DNA of 63,866 bases, the filler included, from Atractiella rhizophila (taxonomy: Eukaryota): the NCBI GenBank assembly GCA_021432655.1. It is 6 parts of 5 records of this genome, joined end to end, with 100 filler letters (N's around TTAATTAATTAA, not from the genome) between each part and the next. Parts side by side here need not be neighbours in the genome. Positions count along the whole stretch, not along the records: positions 47,114 to 56,332 come from MU271233.1; positions 56,433 to 59,836 come from MU271233.1; positions 59,937 to 62,543 come from MU271239.1; positions 62,644 to 63,866 come from MU271298.1; 2 more parts are not named here. One strand, 5' to 3'. Made by a program: the position numbers and the translations under genes. Positions 54,272 to 63,866 of the stretch are shown here, one piece after another; the first letter of the stretch is position 1, and each line of letters opens with the position of its first letter. The notes beneath the pieces were generated by a model that was given only the letters and a program-made list of their open reading frames with translations, had not been told where the DNA came from and ran no database searches.

Positions 54272-55247
54272 NNNNNNNNNNNNNNNNNNNNNNNNNNNNN
54301 NNNNNNNNNNNNNNNNNNNNNNNNNNNNNNNNNNNNNNNNNNNNNNNNNNNNNNNNNNNNNNNNNNNNNNNNNNNNNNNNNNNNNNNNNNNNNNNNNNNN
54401 NNNNNNNNNNNNNNNNNNNNNNNNNNNNNNNNNNNNNNNNNNNNNNNNNNNNNNNNNNNNNNNNNNNNNNNNNNNNNNNNNNNNNNNNNNNNNNNNNNNN
54501 NNNNNNNNNNNNNNNNNNNNNNNNNNNNNNNNNNNNNNNNNNNNNNNNNNNNNNNNNNNNNNNNNNNNNNNNNNNNNNNNNNNNNNNNNNNNNNNNNNNN
54601 NNNNNNNNNNNNNNNNNNNNNNNNNNNNNNNNNNNNNNNNNNNNNNNNNNNNNNNNNNNNNNNNNNNNNNNNNNNNNNNNNNNNNNNNNNNNNNNNNNNN
54701 NNNNNNNNNNNNNNNNNNNNNNNNNNNNNNNNNNNNNNNNNNNNNNNNNNNNNNNNNNNNNNNNNNNNNNNNNNNNNNNNNNNNNNNNNNNNNNNNNNNN
54801 NNNNNNNNNNNNNNNNNNNNNNNNNNNNNNNNNNNNNNNNNNNNNNNNNNNNNNNNNNNNNNNNNNNNNNNNNNNNNNNNNNNNNNNNNNNNNNNNNNNN
54901 NNNNNNNNNNNNNNNNNNNNNNNNNNNNNNNNNNNNNNNNNNNNNNNNNNNNNNNNNNNNNNNNNNNNNNNNNNNNNNNNNNNNNNNNNNNNNNNNNNNN
55001 NNNNNNNNNNNNNNNNNNNNNNNNNNNNNNNNNNNNNNNNNNNNNNNNNNNNNNNNNNNNNNNNNNNNNNNNNNNNNNNNNNNNNNNNNNNNNNNNNNNN
55101 NNNNNNNNNNNNNNNNNNNNNNNNNNNNNNNNNNNNNNNNNNNNNNNNNNNNNNNNNNNNNNNNNNNNNNNNNNNNNNNNNNNNNNNNNNNNNNNNNNNN
55201 NNNNNNNNNNNNNNNNNNNNNNNNNNNNNNNNNNNNNNNNNNNNNNN
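54272..55247. other. Assembly gap
   Basis: Run of N. Confidence 0.99.
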
Positions 55248-55474
55248 ATTATTGATTTGTATTCTCACGACAGAGCTGAAGACTTCGACATCTTGATCAT
55301 GCTTTTGCGTCAACATTGCAATTTAAGTAACAAATGGCAAATGGTCGCAGCGTTTTACTTCATGCTCAGCCCTAGACACGCGTTGCCATTTGCCAAATTA
55401 CTTCATCGACTTTTGACGACCCATTGTGTTCTTCTCTTCGATCACCCATCAACTTGACACTGACACAATGATAG

Positions 55475-56332
55475 GGAAGAGAAGGCGTACGCCAAAAAAA
55501 TAGCCAAAGCAATCGCACAAGAAAAATGGCTCTCCGCTCAAAACCTCCAAGGACAAAAGGATGTCAAAGGTGTTAAAGGTTGGCGCTTAGACCTAGTGAT
55601 CAAGGAGCGGTACCCTACCTTTGCCTCTCTCGTTCCTCATCTCTCCGACCCTCTCTCCCTGCTTTCCCTCTTCGCCGCTCTCCCATCCACCCCCGGTACC
55701 ACGCGACATTTCGAGGGGAAAGACGGGAAGGGCATTCCGGAACAAGGCGCGAATTTGACGGATACCAGTGCACATCCGATTGGAAGCACTAGTAGTGCTG
55801 AGAGCTTGAGGCTCGTGCAAGAGTTTAAAGCTTGGGCGGTGAGGGAAAAGCGATTGAGGAAGGTGTTTTTTGGGATCAAAGGTGTTTGGTGGGAAGTTGA
55901 AGTCGTGCCGGTGGGCAATGAAGGAGTGCAGAACAAAAAGGAGGGGCGAGTGGTATGGTGCGAGCCATGGGGATTTGTGCAGAATGTTTGTGTCTTCCTT
56001 GTCTTCTTGGAGATTGTTAGAGCTGAACGAGTTACATGGATGATGGACGTAGATTCCGTCAGATATTGATTTCCGCATAATGGCCACCTTTCTCGAATTC
56101 TATCAAACCCTCCTCGGCTTCTCACTCTACAAGCTGTACAACGACGTCAATCTCATTTATCCACCAAAGGTGGACATGGAGAAGGATGGTGGTGTGTTGG
56201 GAGGGAGCGAGATTGTGCAGTTGGAGGAAAAGGAGAAGCTCTTACTTCAGTTAGGGGAAAAGGGGGAGGTCGTTAAGGTGAAATCTGGGGATGTGAATCG
56301 AGGCATCAAGGAAGTGACGGAGGCACATAAAG
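55475..56332 (+). CDS. NOP7: Pescadillo/Nop7 homolog, internal fragment, divergent
   Basis: [48 protein letters not shown]. Confidence 0.85.
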
Positions 56333-56432
56333 NNNNNNNNNNNNNNNNNNNNNNNNNNNNNNNNNNNNNNNNNNNNTTAATTAATTAANNNNNNNNNNNN
56401 NNNNNNNNNNNNNNNNNNNNNNNNNNNNNNNN
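56333..56432. other. Artificial contig spacer
   Basis: N-run, TTAATTAATTAA, N-run. Confidence 0.97.
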
Positions 56433-57479
56433 CAGCGAGGAAATATTCCAGCTTTGGTTCGATTGGTGAAGACGTTCATTCTTAGAGAACCCAACGCCAT
56501 CGTAGCAAACAATCAACTGGAACCTGTTCTCGGAATTTTCAGATCTCTCATTGCCAACAAACTGAATGACCAGTACGGCCTCGATCTGTTGGAGGCAATA
56601 TTCCGATCCATTCCTGGGTAATTTTTCGTCCTTACTCAAGGACAAAACTGACAGTTTCTGGGTCAGGGCAACGTTGAAGACATACATTGTTCCCCTGTTT
56701 ACGCTCTTGATCACGCGTCTGACGACCAGTAAAACTGAAAAATATCAACAAAAATTTATCCGATTCCTCTTTTACGCATTTTCGATCGAGAAGCCTGACT
56801 TGACAGGCGATGATATCATTGCTGGCGTTGATGGTTGTCAACCCCAACCTGGGTATTGTAACTCAATATTGTCTGAGCATTGAGTTAATTGTGTGGCAGG
56901 CTTTTCGGGCAAATGATGCAGGGTGCCATTGCCCCTAATATCCCGAAAGTTCAGACCAAAGATCGGAGAATAGTTGCAGTTGGGCTTTGTGATCTCCTTT
57001 GCCGTAGTCCAGCGATGCTTAACTCACCGAGCGTTGCCTGTTGGTACGTATTAACAATGATTTGCTTCTTTCTGCTCAGATGTTGACTGAATCTTCGTTA
57101 GGCCTGCCACATTGGAAGCCCTCCTCAAGCTGATCATTTTGCCCCAAATTGCTCCTGACGGCCACGAAGATGACGAGCTTCAATTGCAAGACCTCGACGA
57201 AAGCACTTTAGGATACCAAGCGGCGTTCTCCAAGCTTGGGGCTTCTGAAACCACTCAAGAAGATCCCGTCAAGCGTGTCGCTGATGTTCGCAATTATTTG
57301 GCAGTTGAGATCGGCAATGCTGCTAAGCGTCATCCTGGCAAGGTAGGTTTCTACTTCCCTTGATCTCAAGGCAGTCCCTGACTAGCTCGCAGATTGGACC
57401 GCTGATCGATAAAGTGTCTCCTGAATTTGCCCAACCTTTCAAAGCATATCTTCAACAGACCAATATCGCTGTGCCTTGA
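56433..57479 (+). CDS. CSE1: Exportin-2 (Cse1/CAS), C-terminal fragment
   Basis: RGNIPALVRL, LEPVLGIF..LIA.K.ND..G..LL, RLTTSKTEKY, GYQAAFSKL..DP. Confidence 0.9.
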
Positions 57480-58018
57480 TCAACGGCTTAAAATGTACAT
57501 AAGTAACGTCTTGTAACGAGGAAATTGGAAGGGAAACTATAGAACAAATTCGTTTTTCCTCAGTCGCAAAAGTAACAATTTTGCTTGATGTTCAAGCTTC
57601 GAGCTTCGAGCTTCTACGTGCTCACGCTTCGACCTCCTCCAAATTTTATTTTCAATCCCCCCGAGATCCGCTGCCACCGAGCTCGCTCACCTCGGTTGCT
57701 GAAGTAACTTTAGCTTTTGAGCATCCGAAGATGGAATCAACGCGACCTCCAGCCCAGTGCGAAAACAGACTGATGAGTCGAGCTGTTCGGAGTGGATTAG
57801 AATGACCATAGATTACAGAGTATGCGAAAGCTTGGGGTTCGGGGTGGGCGGATGAGTGGCCAGCGAATGTCTATAAGAACCTGAGTTGGGTATGGAAGGT
57901 GCACAACTTCGAGACTTACACACTTGCGATTGCTGGAAAGAGTAATACTGCCATATGGATAGTTCACTTCGTTACTCTCCAGTGCTGACGTGCTGACTTT
58001 TACCTGCAGCATTCAGCA

Positions 58019-59412
58019 ATGCCTCCTGAAATGGCACCCGTCTTATACCCCGATATAGTCCTCGCATTGACTCCTTTTCTCTCCTATTCTGAAATACACA
58101 ACCTCATACTAGTCTCCCGCGAATTTTACTCAATCCTCCTCCCCAGCCTGTACCGTCAAATCATTCTCCCCGCNNNNNNNNNNNNNNNNNNNNNNNNNNN
58201 NNNNNNNNNNNNNNNNNNNNNNNNNNNNNNNNNNNNNNNNNNNNNNNNNNNNNNNNNNNNNNNNNNNNNNNNNNNNNNNNNNNNNNNNNNNNNNNNNNNN
58301 NNNNNNNNNNNNNNNNNNNNNNNNNNNNNNNNNNNNNNNNNNNNNNNNNNNNNNNNNNNNNNNNNNNNNNNNNNNNNNNNNNNNNNNNNNNNNNNNNNNN
58401 NNNNNNNNNNNNNNNNNNNNNNNNNNNNNNNNNNNNNNNNNNNNNNNNNNNNNNNNNNNNNNNNNNNNNNNNNNNNNNNNNNNNNNNNNNNNNNNNNNNN
58501 NNNNNNNNNNNNNNNNNNNNNNNNNNNNNNNNNNNNNNNNNNNNNNNNNNNNNNNNNNNNNNNNNNNNNNNNNNNNNNNNNNNNNNNNNNNNNNNNNNNN
58601 NNNNNNNNNNNNNNNNNNNNNNNNNNNNNNNNNNNNNNNNNNNNNNNNNNNNNNNNNNNNNNNNNNNNNNNNNNNNNNNNNNNNNNNNNNNNNNNNNNNN
58701 NNNNNNNNNNNNNNNNNNNNNNNNNNNNNNNNNNNNNNNNNNNNNNNNNNNNNNNNNNNNNNNNNNNNNNNNNNNNNNNNNNNNNNNNNNNNNNNNNNNN
58801 NNNNNNNNNNNNNNNNNNNNNNNNNNNNNNNNNNNNNNNNNNNNNNNNNNNNNNNNNNNNNNNNNNNNNNNNNNNNNNNNNNNGGAAAGGGATGGCTGGG
58901 TCGAAGAACTGACGATTCAAAACCCCTTGCGCATTCTACCCCGTCATCAACCGTATCCTTCTCTCTTCTTCACTTCCTCTCTCAAATCCTTGACTATAAC
59001 CGAAACTGCCTATCTCCCTTCTCTAAACATCGAAAAGTCCATTTCCTCCTCTACTTCCCTCACACAGCTAATCCTCAAGCTGTCGACGCAAGGCAATTGC
59101 GATCTCAGCGGTATGCGCGACGCTATCTCGAGTCTGCAAGATCTGGAAGAGCTAGAGCTAGAGGTACAGGATTATATGGATCGCAAAGAGCCGGGAATTT
59201 CAGCGACCTTTCTCGAACCAATCGTGGCTTACTGTACCCAACTGAGGAGGTTGAAGATCCAAAGCAGCTTCCTGGCTGGCCTGAGAAAGGGAACTGGCGC
59301 TATGAGTCGGCTAGAGGTTTCCTGTGATCGTATGGGGTTGATGGAAGCAGAAGAGGTGACACTAGAGAATCTGAGGATAAGTGGTATGAACGTTATTTGT
59401 CAAACATTGTAG
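58019..59412 (+). CDS. F-box/LRR-like protein interrupted by a gap (58174-58883)
   Basis: LYPDIVLALTPFLS..NLILVSREFYSILLPSLYR is F-box-like; the C-terminus has LxxLxL repeats. Confidence 0.65.
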
Positions 59413-59836
59413 ACCAATTAGTGCCTATCCGGCCAGCTGTTGTTGTCGCTGCCTTATTTACGCATTATCTTGTCTATTACGATCGGTTGCCCAAACCAAT
59501 CCAAGTCCTTATATAATATAATACATGTTAATAGTAACGACAGTCTTGAAAAAATGAAGCAACAAAGCGTCGGAATTTTGAGTGAATGTAAACCCAGTTC
59601 TATCGTTGCCACTTATCTACAACTTCATTCAAATCAAAAAGGCAAGTGTCCATCGAATCAAAAGGTCCATCCCCGTAGATTGTCCCCAGATCTCTGCACA
59701 ATATTCACCTCAAGGCAATTTATCCATCGGTCTATGCATAGGGAATGCTTGCTCCAGCTCAGACTCTCTAAGCAGTTTGCTGTTCGGGATATATCTATCC
59801 AATTTAATCGGTCATCATCACTATAGCCCACTAGAT

Positions 59837-59936
59837 NNNNNNNNNNNNNNNNNNNNNNNNNNNNNNNNNNNNNNNNNNNNTTAATTAATTAANNNNNNNN
59901 NNNNNNNNNNNNNNNNNNNNNNNNNNNNNNNNNNNN
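59837..59936. other. Artificial contig spacer
   Basis: N-run, TTAATTAATTAA, N-run. Confidence 0.97.
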
Positions 59937-60019
59937 CAGGTGTGTGTCCTATCAATTTTGTCTTTATTATACTGGTGTGGCTTCCGCTGGTTCATTGCTA
60001 CACCAACGCATACCATCCC

Positions 60020-62142
60020 AGAGCGAGCAGACGCTTTTTTCAAAGCGCGTCGCTTCAAAGCCGTCTGCTGAGAAGAGACGCGTTTTGCAGGATAGTACAG
60101 AGTCAGATTTATTTTTCCTTCCTACTAATATTTCTTGAGCAATGGATGAACATTTTTACAATTGCGGCTCGACTGTAGAGTGTTGAAACTGAGGTTCATC
60201 AGAGTGACAGAACGAAGAAAAGATCAGCATTGCATGAACGTTGGTGAGGAGTCACCTACCTGAGGTTCATCAGAGTGACAGAACGAAGAAAAGATGAACC
60301 TCAGATAGCTGAAAAACAGACTAAACTACGGGAGCGGGCGGAACTGACACCAGATGCGATAGCCAGCTCAAAAGGGCAGAAAGAAAGTAAAAGTCAAAAA
60401 CGTAATAACTTCAACATAGAGCTTTCTGGAGATGATTGCTTGTGAGATGAACTGGTCACTTGAAAAATATTTTTTTTCTAATGCTGATTATCGCATGAGG
60501 ACACTCCTTGGAATGAACTTGTGGATGGAGCGAAGCAGCTTCTGCGCAAGAATGTCTCGTTACTTTTCTCAGCTAGAAGCTGGAAATAGATTTGTATCCA
60601 TATCAGAGCACTTCGTTGCTTTTCTTCTCGCGCTCTTCAATTTTAGTTTTCACGTGAGCAACACAGCTATTATTCCCCTCATCCATGCTACACATTTGTT
60701 TGAACGAATAATGGAACGAAATCATTAAAAACGATTTGTCACATCGCTACTGTTGAGTCGGTTCTCATGATCACTCCCACTTCTGCCAATCTTCTGGCAC
60801 TCTTGGACAGTTGACTGCTTGGGAGAATATACTGAGAGGGCGGAGCTTGCGCCTCTCTCCACTCTTACCCTCCTCCTTGAATCGAAAGCTAAGGTAGCAA
60901 ATTCCTCGTCTTTCGGTATGGAAACAAGTACCAGGAGCCGTGACTTCCTCTTCCTCAGCAGAAAGCAGTTGTTAAAACAACGTCATTCGTGTTCTCGTGC
61001 TCAGAGTCTGCTTGACCGTACGATGTTTGATTCGTCATGGTTCCTCCATTCGCTTCAGTGGCAAGAGTCCAGCACATAACTTGGAGCCGCGGGTTCTAAC
61101 ATTCAATGAACAGATCAGCTGTCTCTCTTCTGAGGAGGACGTTGACGTGTCCGCCTCCTATTCTACACGTCGTACTCCACTTGTCTGTTATCCCAATATC
61201 ACAGAGCGAGCAGAAGTTTTTTTCAAAGCGCGTCGCTCTACAGCCGTCTGCTGAGAAGGAGACGCGTTTTGCAGGATAGTACAGAGTCAGATTTATCTTC
61301 CTTCTTACTAATCTTTCTTGAGCAAGGGATGAACACTTTACAGTTGCGGCTCGACTGTAGAGCTTTCTGGAGATGACTGCTTGTGAGATGAACTGGTCAC
61401 TTGAATAATATTTTTTTCTAATGCTGATTATCGCGTGAGGACACTCCTTGGAATGAACTTGTGGATGGAGCGAAGCAGCTTCTGCGAAAGAATGTCTCGT
61501 TACTTTTCTCAGCTAGAAGCTGGAAATAGATTTGTATCCATATCAGAGCACTTCGTTGCTTTTCTTCTGGCGCTCTTCAATTTTAGTTTTCACGTGAGAA
61601 ACACAGCTATTGTTCCCCTCATCCATGCTACACATTTGTTTGAACGAATAATTGAACGAAATCATTAAAAAAGATTTGTCACATCGCTACTGTTGAGTCG
61701 GTTCTCATGATCACTGCTTGAATGTCCCACTTCTGCCAATCTTCTGGCACTCTTGGACAGTTGACTGCTTGGGAGAATACTGAGAGGGGCGGAGCCCGCG
61801 CCGACTCTCTACTCTTACCCTCCTCCTTGAATCGAAAAGCTAAGGTAGCAAAGTCCTCGTCTTTGGGTATGGAAACAAGTACTAGGAGCCGTGACTTCTT
61901 CTTCCTCAGCAGAAAGCAGTTGTTTAAAACATTCGTGTTCATCGTGCTCATATTCTGCTTGGCTGTACGTTATCTTTGATTCCTCCTGGTTCCTCCCTTC
62001 GCTTCATTGGCAAGAGTCCTGCACATAACTGGGAGCCGCGGGTTCTAACATTCGATGAACAGATCAGCTGTCTCTCTTCTGAGGAGGACGTTGACGCGTT
62101 CGCCTCCTATTCTACACGTCGTACTCCACTTGTCTGTTATCC
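60020..62142 (+). repeat. Tandem duplication of a ~0.94-kb unit (copy A ~60020-61193 including an LTR insert; copy B ~61202-62142)
   Basis: Both copies start CAGAGCGAGCAGA and end CACTTGTCTGTTATCC, with near-identical internal ORFs (RTLLGMNLWMERSSF). Confidence 0.93.
60181..60416. mobile_element. Solo LTR (236 bp)
   Basis: Termini TGTTGAA...TTCAACA, 5-bp TSD TAGAG (60176-60180 and 60417-60421). The empty site CTGTAGAGCTTTC is present in copy B. Confidence 0.9.
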
Positions 62143-62543
62143 GAACGTCAAATTAGTTTACGTATATTGCCGACGGATATCTCCTTTCACTTTCGCTTGA
62201 TGAAGCGTAATTTCACTCATCGTCAATATTACAACTATCTTCATCGTTTTGGGATGGCATTGACAGCAAGCCCTCCAGAACTGTAAATCGCTCAGAGCCC
62301 AATGTCTCTCGCCAGACCCTTTGTTATGCAACCCTCTCCATGTATGTTTTTAGAATGTAGGAGTCCACTTCAACTTCAGAAGCGTCCCCTGTCTCTCACA
62401 TTTGAGATAGAGGATGGATGCACGGTATGATTCAAAGTTTGAAACCACAGTATCACGCCTGCGGTTCATTTTCTAACCTCATGATGCCATCGCAAGCGTG
62501 TGAACGCAGACTTGGTGTCTTCGCATAATTTCCGCTTGGTGCT

Positions 62544-62643
62544 NNNNNNNNNNNNNNNNNNNNNNNNNNNNNNNNNNNNNNNNNNNNTTAATTAATTAAN
62601 NNNNNNNNNNNNNNNNNNNNNNNNNNNNNNNNNNNNNNNNNNN
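62544..62643. other. Artificial contig spacer
   Basis: N-run, TTAATTAATTAA, N-run. Confidence 0.97.
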
Positions 62644-63806
62644 AGGAGGGCATCGGATCCCATCTCACCTTCGCAATCCATCGCTCCTTCAGTTGCCAGC
62701 TCTGTCGCGTCGACCTCCTCCAGCCGGGGAAGACCAGCCAAGTCCACTCAGTGGGAAACACACGCCAGCAAGAACATCGAATTTTCAATGTGCCCACCAC
62801 TCAGCACCACCGTCGTATCGCCAGGTGATGTGATACGGTGTAAAGTCAGGTTATCATCCAAGGTCGCAATCAGCGACTATGATAAATTGGACATAACCTT
62901 CCTTGGGGTTAGCACTGTTGCAGGAGAGCCGTACGTAATCATGTTTCCATGATGGATATGGCTGATTAACTTGTCATGCGAAACAGACCGGAAATTCATA
63001 CCTTCGTTCAAGTCATGAAATCCGTACTTCCCAGGGGTGCCGACGTCAAGACAGAAGGCATGGCGAACCGTGAATGGAGTTTCCAATTCGAAGTTCCTCA
63101 TCAAATGAATTGTGCCTGTCGGGGATCTAGCCTAGCCATTCCACCAACATATCGACACGACGAAGTCCTCATCAAGTATTCAATCGAGTTGATGGGGAAA
63201 AGGAAGCAGCGGTTTTCTGCAAATGACAAGCTCTCCGTACCACTGGTAGTTCAGCGACTCGGACCTGACCCCGTCATTTCCACCGCTGAACTTGGTGTGG
63301 ATGTTGGAACGGATGATATCTGGAAGTTCGTGAGAGCCAGCAAGAAAAATAAAGGTTCCAGTTACCTGATCCTTGTAGAAGGTCAGCGGGCGCCGATCAC
63401 AGACGCTGAGGTCCATCCCTTCTTGTGACTAAGTTCAAGGCTGACGAGGCTTGCAGATCGCTTACCACGTTGTGAAACCCGGTACTTCTACTTCCACAGT
63501 TTACGTCAACTATCGTTTCTCCTTGCACCACCCTGCCAACTCATCTCTCTCTAAGGAGACGCTCACCGAGCTTATGGGCAGCCTTCGGATCTCACTCTCA
63601 CGGCGGATACTGATACGGAAAATTTCCGCGAAAGGGAAGGACAGGGATAAGGAAACGCTTCTACCAGCTTTACGTATACCGTCGAAAATTAAAAAGGTAG
63701 GCGTAAAAATCGTTAGTACAGAGGTGGCTACGATATGGAGGATGGAGGGACGGATTGAAACCTCGCGGGATGAAGTGATGATTTGGAACAGCTGCAATGC
63801 GGAAGT
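62644..63806 (+). CDS. Arrestin-N-like protein, partial
   Basis: PGDVIRCKV..LDITFLG..EWSFQFEVP..IPPTY..IKYSIELMGKR follows the alpha-arrestin N-domain pattern. Confidence 0.55.
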
Positions 63807-63866
63807 GCGCGTGCGTCCCTCTCTTCATCCATCTTGTCGTGCTCTGATTAATTTTTTTAAATATTC

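Noticed and set aside
54138..58920. Long ORFs rich in X in the ORF track
   Set aside because: Artefacts of translating through N gaps.

Overview
Intron-rich fungal genomic DNA, most likely basidiomycete, with typical introns of about 45-60 nt. It is a mosaic of six segments joined by artificial 100-nt spacers (N44-TTAATTAATTAA-N44), plus two ordinary N gaps, so gene order across spacers is not evidence of linkage. Most genes are housekeeping: two paralogous cytochrome P450s, an MTM1/SLC25A39-type carrier, BEM1, VCX1, YDJ1, MKK1, SSC1, CNS1, TRM7, an SH3 protein, an ORC6-like fragment, a bZIP factor, SPF30, YTH1, a UDP-glycosyltransferase, an ELO elongase, a LaeA-like methyltransferase, a G-patch/zinc-finger protein, CDK8, and fragments of NDUFS1, NOP7, CSE1, an F-box protein and an arrestin-like protein. 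The most interesting candidate is a 9-exon minus-strand gene (15411-13210, about 600 aa) that the ORF track breaks into unrelated pieces. Its first ~245 aa show a gasdermin-like motif order and are fused to an unrecognised C-terminal domain, with no neighbouring protease gene; the fold call is inference. Other highlights: four unusually long hairpin-rich introns (one with a mutually exclusive pairing), a solo LTR with a 5-bp target-site duplication confirmed by an empty site in a tandem duplicate, and a probably inactive RNase H-like ORF. All exon models and family calls were made by eye, with no database searches.
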